This document shows, one piece after another, positions 13,401 through 24,001 of a DNA stretch of 64,000 nucleotides; the first letter of the stretch is position 1, and each line of letters starts with the position of its first letter. A program made the position numbers and the translations under genes. The notes beneath the pieces are model-generated. The model saw only the letters and a list, made by a program, of their open reading frames with translations. It was not told the DNA's origin and searched no databases. The stretch is from Gracilinanus agilis (taxonomy: Eukaryota), in NCBI RefSeq assembly GCF_016433145.1, contig NC_058135.1, forward strand, positions 278,829,981-278,893,980, in the 5' to 3' direction.

Positions 13401-16400
13401 AGGTTAGATGAGATCTAGGCCCCGTTCCTCCTCCCTTGCAGTTTGGTTATTTGGGCATCTCAAGCAGAAAATATATAGAGTGTCAGGAATTCAGCAAAGG
13501 CAGAGCTCTCCAGAGATTAGGGCAGCCTCAAAGGAGATGACCTTTGAGCTCAACCTTGAAAGATGGGTAGGCTTTTCTTCTAGTGGGCTGATTGTGGATA
13601 AAAAGAACTAGGAGCAAAGAATTGGAAGAGGAAAGAACAAGGCATGTTTGGAGAATGGAAAAAACTTCAGCTTGGCTGGGTAGAGGGGGCCAGGCCTTTT
13701 TAGCTAGCAGCTTGCTCGGGGAAGTGAGGGGCAATTGGCATGTCTCCCCGACCATGAGCAGATTTGTTGGGGTTCAGCCGTCTTTCTTTTGCCACAGCTG
13801 AAGAGGATGAGGATAAGGAGGATGACTTCCGAGCACCCCTATACAAAACTGTAGAGATTAAAGGGATCCAGGTGCGAATGAAATGGTGTGCCACTTGCCG
13901 CTTCTACCGTCCCCCTCGATGCTCACATTGCAGTGTCTGTGACAACTGTGTTGAGGTAAGAGCCTTGGCTAGGGGTAGGGCGGAGGACATACCCGTTTCC
14001 TTGGTGGCTCTGCCTTTCCCTATCAGCAGAGCCGAGTCCTTTTAGCCTCAGAGGAGAGCCTGAGATCAAATCATGGCCATTAGTCCCTCCCAGCCCCATC
14101 CCAGAACTCTGGATCAGAGGCCATAACAGTAAGTGGCATTGATAGAGCGCTCTGAGGTTTGCAGATCATTGTATATGCGCGATTAGGTTTGACCCTCACA
14201 ACCACCCTGTAAGGCAGATGCTGTGGGCATTCTTGTCCTCATTCCAGAGAGCAGAGCGATGCTCTGGAAGTTCGAGACCTGCCCATAGATAGTGGCAGAC
14301 ATGGACTCTTGAGTCTGTACCTCTCCTGGACGTATGTTCGCTGTTTATTCTTCACAAGGAGGGCCCTCCCATCAGCAGCCTGCCATTCACACCCAAAGGC
14401 AGTTCAGAAGGGAAGCATTCTGAGTGGGTCTCAGTCTTGCTAGGATGGAGTTTCCCAGCTCCTCCCTCCACCTGCCTTGTCTTCCTGGCTTCTACCCTTG
14501 TCTGAATTACCTCTTGTTCCTACTCCATCCACTTGAGCTTCTGGATCCTGCCTGAATTCCGTGATCTCAATTGGGTGATGCTTCCCATCATCTCTTGACT
14601 GCTGCCTCCTATCTCCTTCCATTTCCCTTGGGCCGGGCCAGCCCCATTCTGTAGCAGATTTCATATAAGCCTCCCTTCCTTCTGGCAAAAGCGAACAGAC
14701 TGCTCCCCTTGGCTCCGAGTCCCTTAGCCGCTCAGGCCAGTGCAGTGATTCCCATAGAGGAAGCCACGCTTGGGGCCAGGCTCACAGCCAGACCTGTTGC
14801 AGCCTCTCTCTCTGCCTCTAGGAATTTGACCACCACTGCCCGTGGGTGAACAACTGCATTGGGCGACGGAACTACCGCTACTTCTTCCTCTTCCTCCTGT
14901 CCCTCACTGCCCACATCATGGGAGTGTTCGGCTTTGGCCTGCTCTACATCCTCTACCACATGGAGGAGCTCTCAGGGGTCCGCACGGCTGTCACGTATCC
15001 TTCCAGACTGGCTGCTCGGGGTGGGGGGTGGGGAGGTAGCAGAAGGTCCACTTGGTGGTCCTGTGCCAGGCAGCACATGGCACATTGATGGCTCCCTTGA
15101 CTCTGAGGCACAGCATGGCAGTAATGTGTGTGGCCGGCTTGTTCTTCATTCCTGTGGCCGGCCTCACGGGATTTCACGTAGTGTTGGTGGCCAGGGGTCG
15201 CACAACTAACGAACAGGTATGAGGGCCGATGAGGGGCCCCAGGGGGGCGGGGGTTTGGGGTTTGGTGTCGCACCGTCTATGAAAGCAATGCCAACAGCTG
15301 GGAGAGTGAACCGGGGCAGCCTGATTTCTAACGCCTGCCTTTGGGGGGGCTCACACTGGTTTCCTCTCCACAGGTTACGGGTAAATTCCGGGGAGGTGTA
15401 AACCCTTTCACCAATGGCTGTTGCAACAATGTCAGCCGAGTGCTGTGCAGCTCTTCAGCACCTAGGTAAAGCCTTTCTCTCCCTTGGCCCAAAGCCTTGG
15501 CCTGCCAGGGTCCGTTCTGGTGAGGGGCACTGAGTAGAGTTAGGTGGCGAGACACCTGCCCTAGGGGGGAACCAAAGATTTCCACTTCTAATGCCAGAGC
15601 CTGCTAGTTGGTCTCTGCCTCAGGTCTCTCCTCTCTCAGACCCACACAGGTGCCAAAATAACTTTCCTATGTGAAGGTGGGTCTAGCCATGCTACTCCTG
15701 TACTCAGTAAACTCAGTGATTACCCAGAGAAGAGCCAACAGGCTCTCTTCTGCTTTGAAAGCCCTTCCTCGGCCTGAGCCCACCTCTCCAGTCAGCCGGG
15801 GCCTCTCCATGGCTCTCTCTCCCAGACCTGTGCCTGCTCTGGCTGTCCCCCAGACTTCCATTATCCTTCTGTCTTCTCTTTGCTTAGAAGACCTTGTTTT
15901 CCGTAAAACTCTAATAGCACCTTCTGCAGGAAACCTTTACCCATTGCTTGGCTTTGAGTGCCCATCTGCCCCTTGGCACTTTACGGACGCTTTGATCGTA
16001 ACTGTATTTGGTGTTGCCTCCCCTGATAGAATGTAACTTCTCGAGGCAGGGGCTGTTCAGTTTTAATCGTTGTATCCGCAGCACCCATCACGATATCTGG
16101 CACAAGGAGGTGCCTAGGGAATGCATGGTTGCTTGGTTGAATCTTTTTTCCTACTGAAGGATCAGATTGACTCTGTAGTGATCTGAGCTGGGGATTAGCC
16201 CTCACTGACCCAATCTTCCCATTCTTCAGAGAATGAAGAGAGCTGGTTCAGCGCCTGCCTCCTCAGTGCCTTAGTGGAAGCCCCTGCCCTATAATTTGGT
16301 AACCCTTACAATGCCTTGCACATGCCGAGTGCTCAGAATGAATTTGTTGACTGAATAGTTGCCCTTCCTTGACAATCAGGTACTTGGGGAGACCAAAAAG

Positions 16401-19400
16401 AGAGCAGACAATCGTGATTCGTCCTCCCTTCCTTCGACCGGAAATATCAGATGGACAGATTGCTGTGAAAATTATGGACAATGGAATCCAGGGGGAGCTC
16501 AAGAGAACCAAGGTGAGAGGCCATCAAGACACCCCCTTCCTTCAAGCAGCTTGCCGGCTTTCTTTTCCTTTCCAAAAACCCTTACCTTCTGCCTCTGTAG
16601 CAGGGGAAGTAAGGTCAGGAGGGAATCCATTTCCCCCCAGTGATGCAGAGAAAATGCTGGGATGTCCTCAGTCTGCCCCTCTTATATCTCTTGTAACATC
16701 CTGCTGATCTCCTCACGTTACCTCCAATGCTAGGCAAGGAGTTCTGATCATTTTTGTGTGTTATGGAGCCCTTCTCAGCACAGGTAGCTAGTTGGCACAG
16801 TGAAGGAAGATAGTTCTCTCTCTCTCTCTCTCTTTTTTTTATCATGAATGTTTAAATTAATTGGAAAAAGAAGAGATTTTAAAAGGATGAGGAGGAACAT
16901 TTATTTTTATATTTATTATTACAGTTTTAAGCAGAGTTTCTTAAATGCTAAAAGCCAAAGGAAAAGGTATAGGCTGTGTTTTAGAGAAGAGATAGTCCAG
17001 TTTGGCTGGAGTCAAGTGTTGTGTGGCTAGAAGTATTTGGCAAGGTTGGCAAATGGGGCCCAGTGGTGGGTGGCCTTGAATGTTGAGCAGAGGTATTTGA
17101 ACTTGAGACAGCAGGCACCTGGGAGTCATTGAACAATGAGCCAATGAAAATGACATCAGTTTTGTGAGGAACCAATTGGAGTGGGAAGAGGGTGGAGATG
17201 GACAAGTCAGCTAGTGTGTGTGCTGTGGAGATACAGAAGAAGCTCTTGTTTGCATTTTCTTGGTGCCAGGCACACAGGCCATCAAAACACCCCCTTCCTT
17301 CACGCAGCTTGCCTTCTTTCTTTTCCATTAAAAAAACCCTTACCTTCTGCCTTTGTATCAGTTCTACAAAAGAGTAGCAAGGGCCAAGCAATCGGGTTAA
17401 GTGACTTGCCCATGGTCACATAGTTAGAAAGTATCTGAAGCCAGATCTTGCCTTTTTAAGAGTTATTTATTGGTATTTTTTTAAACAATTGGATTTCTTT
17501 CTTTCCCTCTCTCTCCTCCCAGGCAGCCATGTAACAAAAAACTTTTTAAAAAGGAAAAAGAAGGGGGGGCAGCTGGGTAGCTCAGTGGAGTGAGAGTCAG
17601 GCCTAGAGACAGGAGGTCCTAGGTTCAAACCTGGCCTCAGCCACTTCCCAGCTGTGTGACCCTGGGCAAGTCACTTGACCCCCATTGCCCACCCTTACCA
17701 ATCTTCCACCTATGAGACAATACACCGAAGTACAAGGGTTTAAAAAAAAAGAATATATATAAAAAGGAAAAAGAAGGGAGTAGCTAGGTGGCTCTGTGGA
17801 TAGAGAGCCATGCCTAGAGATGGGAGATCCTGGTTTAAATCTGGTCTAAGACACTTCCCTAGCTATGTGACCTTGGACAAGTCATTAGTCATTGCTTTGC
17901 CCTTCTTGCTTTTCTGCCTTGGAACCAATACACAGTATTGATTCTAAGAAGGAAGATGAGGCTTTAAAAAAAAAAAGAGGAATTAGAGAAAATCCAGTAA
18001 AATAATCAATAAAATCTGATATTTTGCTATTTTATGCAGAATTCTACCCCTTTGGACCTCCCTTGCCCCCACCAACTTCTTCTCATTCTCTTCTTTGGGG
18101 TTTTCTTCAAGCCCAGTAATCTTCTAGACACTTACATATTGGTTGTCTGGCCAGGACTCCCCATCAGTGGGCCTCTCTACTGTTTCTAGTTCTTTGCTGC
18201 CACAAAAAGTGCTGCTGTCCACGTTCTGGGGTGGGAAGCCTTTCGTTTTGTCTTGGCTTCCTTGGCATATATGCCTAAGCAGTGGGACGAAGGGTACAAA
18301 CATTGATCTTAGGCACTTTTATTTGCCCAATTCCAAACCACTTTTCAAATTGGACGGTCCAGCTCCTGCATCCCGGCGCCGTCTGTGTCGCTCCTCCGAC
18401 TTTGACTGTTGGTGTCTTTTATCATCTCTGCCAATTCACTTGCTAAGAGGGGAAACCCAGAGTGTTGTTTTGATTTGCGTTTCCCTTATTCTTGGGGATT
18501 TGGAACATTCTTTCTGTTCACTGTTAATAGTAATTCTTTTGAGAACTGTTCCTATCTTTTCAGTTATGGCTAACTCTTCATGACCCAAGCAAAGATACTG
18601 GGCGGTTTGCTGTTTCCTTCTCCAGCTCATTTTACAGATTAGAAACTGAGGCAAACAGGTTTATGTAAATGTTTGAGGTCAGATTTGAACTTCAGTCTTC
18701 CCAACTCCAGGCCCTGTCCTTTTGTGCCAGCTAGCTGCCATGTTCCTATCTTTAGACCACTTCTCTTGAGGAATACTTAGGTGGCACAGTGGATAGAGTG
18801 CCAGGAGTTAGGAAGAATCATCTTCCCAAGTTCAAGTCTGGCCCCAGACACTGTATCCAACCCTATCAGATACTCAGCATCAGTTTTTTTTCCTGGTTGA
18901 CTGTTTCCCTTCTTATATTAAATGCATTTGTTTTGTTTCTGGGGAAGTTTTTCAGTTCCATGGAAGCACAGAGGCCTATTTGATCTCGTGTATTTGCCTC
19001 TTTCTTTGGTTTAAGAATCCATCCCCTACTCCTTTAATAGAAGCTCCTCACGGGCAGGAGGGAGGCCGTGGTTGGAGCTGAGGGCCGGACATCCCAGTGC
19101 TAGCTCAGAGCCCAGGGAATGGCGGTGGGAGTAGAAGGGCAACAAGTGAAGGAAGTACTGCCTTGGGGGACAGAAGGGCCTTTTTGTGCCACCCTGTCTG
19201 TCCCACGTGTGAGCTCTGCTTCTGCCTCATCCTAGACACCTCCAGGAGCCCAAAGGCTGCCCGCTTTCGCGTCTAACCTCTTCCATTTTGCAAACCTTAG
19301 TCTAAGGGAAGCCTTGAGGTGACAGAGAGCCAGTCTGCCGATGCTGAGCCCCCCCCACCTCCTAAGCCAGACCTGAGTCGATACACAGGCCTTCGGACTC

Positions 19401-21267
19401 ACCTCAGCCTGGCCACCACCGAGGGTAAGAGCTGGTCGGACCCTGCAGGGGCCTGGCAAACGGGAGAGCCAGCCTGAGCTGTGGGGAGAGCAGGATGGAG
19501 GGTGGGCCTTCGAAGCGAGGCTTGGGGACTGCATCCTGTCTGCTGGAGACTTGGATCACTATTGAAAGGGTGCGGTCCCCAGCCCTTCTGCCATCAGCCT
19601 GGGCATCATGACCCTGCCTGACCCAAGCAGCACATTTGGGGGGCCTGGTCCCATCTCCAGAGTCTCCTTTGACTTCCAGGGAGAGTCAGAAAAGACCAGC
19701 TGGGTGCCCCTGGGCATTTTCCATAGGAGCTAATTCTGGGAAGGCTCTGCCGGACGCCTGCCATCCTCATGCCTTTGTTTCCCCTGCAGATAGTCTGTTG
19801 AGCAAGGACAACCCCCCCACACCCACCATGTACAAGTATCGGCCTGGCTACAGCAGCAGCAGCACCTCTGCCGCCATGCCTCACTCGTCCAGTGCTAAGG
19901 TACGGCCTGTGCCCCCGGGGGAGAGGGGAGGGCACCCAGGGCCTGCTGCTGACTCCTTAATGGGGGTTCTTGAGCTCTGGGGGCTCCCATGGGACCCCAG
20001 CCTCCCAGAGCAGGCCTTCTCAAGCATCTCTGCCGGCCTTCCTTCCTCAGCTAAGTCGAGGAGACAGCCTGAAGGAGCCGGCCTCGATTGCCGAGAGCAG
20101 CCGCCACCCCAGCTACCGCTCAGAGCCCAGCCTGGAGCCGGAGAGCTTCCGCTCTCCCACCTTTGGCAAGAGCTTTCACTTTGACCCACTGTCCAGTGGC
20201 TCTCGGTCCTCAAGCCTCAAATCAGCCCAAGGCACCGGCTTTGAGATGGGCCAGCTGCAGTCGATCCGCTCCGAGGGCACGACGTCCACCTCCTACAAGA
20301 GTCTGGCCAACCAAACCCGCAACGGGAGTCTGTCCTACGACAGCCTGCTCACCCCTTCGGACAGCCCCGATTTCGAGTCGGTGCAGGCAGGGCCAGAGCC
20401 AGACCCCCCCCTGGGCTACACCTCTCCCTTCCTCTCGGCCCGGCTGGCCCAGCAGCGGGAAGCCGAGAGGCACCCGCGGCTGGTGCTGGCTGGCCCCCCG
20501 CCACGCGAGCCCTCGCCCGTGCGCTACGACAATCTGTCGCGCCACATCGTGGCTTCCCTTCAGGAGCGGGAGAAGCTGCTGCGCCAGTCACCCCCCATGC
20601 CCAGTCGGGAAGAGGAACCCTGCCCGGGAGACTCGGGCATCCAGTCGACGCCGGGCTCTGGTCATGCCCCCCGTACCAGCTCATCTTCGGACGATTCGAA
20701 GCGCTCGCCCCTGGGCAAGACTCCCCTGGGCCGCCCGGCTGCTCCCCGCTTTGGGAAGCCAGAAGGGCTTCGGGGCCGGGGACTGGGGTCCCCTGAGCCG
20801 GCCCCAGCCGCCCCGTACCTGGGCCGATCCACATCTTACAGCAGCCAAAAAGGCCAGTCTGGTGTCCCTGAGTCAGAGGAAGTTGCCTTGCAGCCATTAC
20901 TGGCACCCAAGTAAGTATAAGCTGCCCTGCAGGCATCTCGCCCTTCCCGCCCTCCCCAGGTCTAGCCAGGCAGGGCTCAGGAGAGCACCCTGAGGAGATC
21001 CCCTGCACGGAGGAGGGGGTGGTGGTGGGGGGGTGAGGAGCAAAGCTCCATCGTCCTCCCCTCCCCGAGCTCTCCCTGACTTCCTGTCCTTCCTTCCACA
21101 GAGATGAGGCACAACTGAAGACTGCCTACAGCAAATCCAACGGGCAGCCCAAGACCCTGGGCTCTGCCTCCCCTGGCCCTGGCCAGCCTCCCCTCAGCAG
21201 CCCCACCCGGGGAGGAGTCAAGAAGGTGTCGGGGGTGGGTGGCACCACCTATGAGATTTCAGTGTGA
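4493..21267 (+). CDS. ZDHHC5: Palmitoyltransferase ZDHHC5 (DHHC family), 714 aa, 11 coding exons
   Basis: Exons 4493-4596, 12802-12923, 13798-13955, 14822-14994, 15114-15216, 15374-15465, 16380-16512, 19301-19424, 19790-19899, 20051-20910, 21102-21267; all GT-AG, total 2145 nt in frame. Starts [18 protein letters not shown], contains the DHHC-CRD ([17 protein letters not shown]) and TTNE, and ends in the PDZ ligand TYEISV*. Confidence 0.98.
4731..4910 (+). mobile_element. Marsupial SINE
   Basis: CORE motif tgtgaccatgggcaagtcatttaacc plus an A-rich tail. Confidence 0.8.
14995..15113 (+). other. U12-type (minor spliceosome) GT-AG intron of ZDHHC5
   Basis: 5' splice site GTATCCTT; branch site CCCTTGAC at 15094-15101, about 12 nt before the AG; no real polypyrimidine tract. 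Confidence 0.85.
17564..17760 (+). mobile_element. Young opossum-type tRNA-derived CORE SINE with TSD
   Basis: ggggggcagctgggtagctcagtgg...aagggtttaaaaaaaaa; perfect 16-bp TSD AAAAAGGAAAAAGAAG at 17548-17563 and 17761-17776, at a TTTT/AAAA site. Confidence 0.9.
17777..17978 (+). mobile_element. Older related SINE directly downstream of the young copy
   Basis: Same SINE body with more substitutions and an A-tail. Confidence 0.8.
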
Positions 21268-21550
21268 GCCCCCGGGGCCGCCTCCGTGCCTACACCAAAG
21301 GGCCCTGAGTGGCTACCCTGCTCCCCCCAAGGGGCTCCCCTCCCCTGCATGGACACTCGTCAGACCACAGATCCCAAGAGGAGGAGGAGCTTTTAAAAAC
21401 CACCACGATGGAGGCGGGGGAAGTTGGGGAGAGTGGGGCACCCACTGCTAAGGCAGCAGCTCCTATCTGAGACTCACTCTCCTCCTCCCAGCCCTCCCCA
21501 ACCCTGGGCCAGACTCAGTGGACATTTGTGCAATTGCTTGCCCTGGAGGG

Positions 21551-21701
21551 NNNNNNNNNNNNNNNNNNNNNNNNNNNNNNNNNNNNNNNNNNNNNNNNNN
21601 NNNNNNNNNNNNNNNNNNNNNNNNNNNNNNNNNNNNNNNNNNNNNNNNNNNNNNNNNNNNNNNNNNNNNNNNNNNNNNNNNNNNNNNNNNNNNNNNNNNN
21701 N
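21551..21701. other. Assembly gap (151 N) in the ZDHHC5 3' UTR
   Basis: Run of N bases. Confidence 1.
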
Positions 21702-22397
21702 GGAAAGGGGAAGAGAAGGGTGAGCACTGGGAGAGAGGGGAGCTTTGCTCCCTCCTCTCTCTGCTCCTCAGACCAACGGGAAAAGGGGTAGAGGCATGGG
21801 AGGTTCTAACTCCTGCCCTCCCCTTCCCTGTGGCTTCTCCTCTCTTCTCCCCTTCTTCTGTCCCTGCAGGGAGAGAGGGATCAAGCAAGGAGCTTGAGGA
21901 GAGGAGAGATGCCCTTCTCCCTCTGCAGCGGACTTGCTCACGAGGGATGAATTTGGGGATGATGCAGTCCGTTTTCTAGTCTCATTGGCACTTGATTTCC
22001 TCAGTGGGCAAGGCCTTGCTGCCTGTCCCACGAGGTAGCAGGAAGAGCTGGCCTAGCCCAGCTACCACATCACTGAATCCCAACCCCCCAAAGGGGACTA
22101 GGGGGACAGGCTTCCCAAAGGCAGCCCCTCAGTGCCTCCCCCAGCTCTCAAATCCAAGGCCGGGAGAGGAAGAATCCAAAAAGCAATATTTCTCATCACA
22201 TGCCAAAAACTGGGAATGGAGAGGGAGGGGCAGGCCTTGGTCTTAGCCACTCTAGCTTCCTTGGGGATTACCTTCAGCCCAAATCTCCTGGGCAGCCGGG
22301 GATGCCTGGGTCCTGGCCTCTGTAAGGGGGAGCCACCTCTCTCCTGGCAGAGGCCCTTTTATTTTTTATTCTGATTAGCCATTTTAAACCAACAAGG

Positions 22398-22403
22398 AAT
22401 AAA
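22398..22403 (+). terminator. Likely ZDHHC5 polyadenylation signal AATAAA
   Basis: Canonical hexamer about 1.1 kb after the stop, with U-rich sequence upstream and GT/T-rich sequence downstream (ggattggtgttcttttctt). Confidence 0.7.
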
Positions 22404-24001
22404 AAGAAATCCTGATCTAATTTGCTCCCCTGGATTGGTGTTCTTTTCTTCCCTCAGAGCAGGTTACATTTTTTTAACTGGCTGGCTGGGGAGGCCAGGC
22501 TCCAAGAGACCTAGGCTGGTTCAGGCGAACCTGGGTCTAGAGCGATTCACACTTCTCTCAATCTGTTTTTTTATAAAAGATTCTAGGGGAGGAAATGGCT
22601 TCTTAACTAGGTGGTTGACCTCCAGGAGTTGGAAGAGTCAGTGAGAGCTTGGGCAGTCCATAAACCACTGCCTGAATATGGGAAGGTCCTCTGGGGATTG
22701 GGGGGGAGGGGAGTTCTTGCCCCTGGAAAGGAGGTGGCCGCAGGGCTCAGTGCCCACTAAGGGCAGGGGCACCTCTGCAGGCCCATCACTACTCTTATTC
22801 AGTTATTGCTAGTGGGGCCAAGTGCCACCTGCTGGCCCTGGCTTGGAACTGCAGCTGCCCTCGGTGACACCCTGAGCTGAAGGAAGGGTCCTAGAGTTCA
22901 CTCACTCCCTTTCTTAGCCTGACTTAGTCTTCTGGCTGCACTGCCAAAACAGGCTTAACTAGAAAATTGGGGCAGAGGGAAGGGGAGCACCTACCTTTGC
23001 CTGCTGGAGGCTCCCCTCAAAAGCTCTAATCCAGAAAGGAATCCTGGTTAGACCCGATACTAGTCCTGTTCCCAACTCCAATCTTTTGGAGTCTGTAGTT
23101 GACCGAAGCTGCTCTAGCAATGAACTCGGATGGATGGAACAGGAATGGCTCTTCGCTAGCCCTGAGCCCCAGAATAAGATCATTTCTGAATTGTCGAAGA
23201 TTCCTAGCCTGAAACTGGACAGCTGGGGTGACATTGGACAACCTTTGAGTCTTTTCTCAGCTATAAAAATTGGGGTCGTGCTGAGAACGCTGTAAACCTT
23301 CAGTATCGGGGGCCTGCGCTCATCATTTAACCTTGTCTTCGTGGCCTCGGCAAGATGCTATTACTGCCGGCAAGACCTTGCCCTCGGTTTCCCATCAGAC
23401 AGTGGAAGAGTGGTAGGTAGCAATGTTGAGGCCAGTTATCCCTCCCTGTATCTCATTGGGGGAGGCACTCCAACATCTCTGAACCTTTTCTTCAGGAAGC
23501 TGACCCAGTATTGGTCTCTAGTCTCAACTGAGCCTGCTCTGCCTGCTCCCCTGATGAAAAGAAACATGGCAACAGGAGGGCCAGCTCTAGCATAAGGGCA
23601 GCACCTTCGGCCCTGTCCCTCTGGTTCCCAACACTCGAGTGCCACAACTCAGCCAGTTTGGTACAATGTTAATTTTTAAAAAAGAAACCAAACCCTAATA
23701 AACCAATCCAAACCTTAAAGTAGACAACTGTACAAAAGACATGGAGAGAAGGCTCCTTGGGAAGGGAAAAGCAGCTCCACTGGAGAACCAATTGGGCTGT
23801 GCCTTCCACAGGCACAGCCCTTCCCACCCCTAATGAATCCACCTCGTTCGCCCCCAGCCAGGGCTAGCCCGGCCTGCATTCTCCCCCAACCACAGGGGAA
23901 TGCACCAAGGGCAGTGTGTCCTCTAGCCTCCAAGGCCGCTCCTGTTGGCAAGTTCAGTGTAGGAGAAAAGAGCTCCCCCGGCCTGTCGTCCAGTGGTCTT
24001 G

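Noticed and set aside
16365-16379. U12-like branch sequence TTCCTTGAC before ZDHHC5 exon 8
   Set aside because: The paired donor (GTAAAG at 15466) is U2-type and the branch A is only about 7 nt from the 3' splice site. At most vestigial.
20088-21008. 301-aa (+) and 219-aa (-) ORFs
   Set aside because: Alternative-frame shadows of GC-rich ZDHHC5 exon 11.
21424-21979. ORFs spanning the poly-N tract
   Set aside because: Artefacts of the assembly gap.
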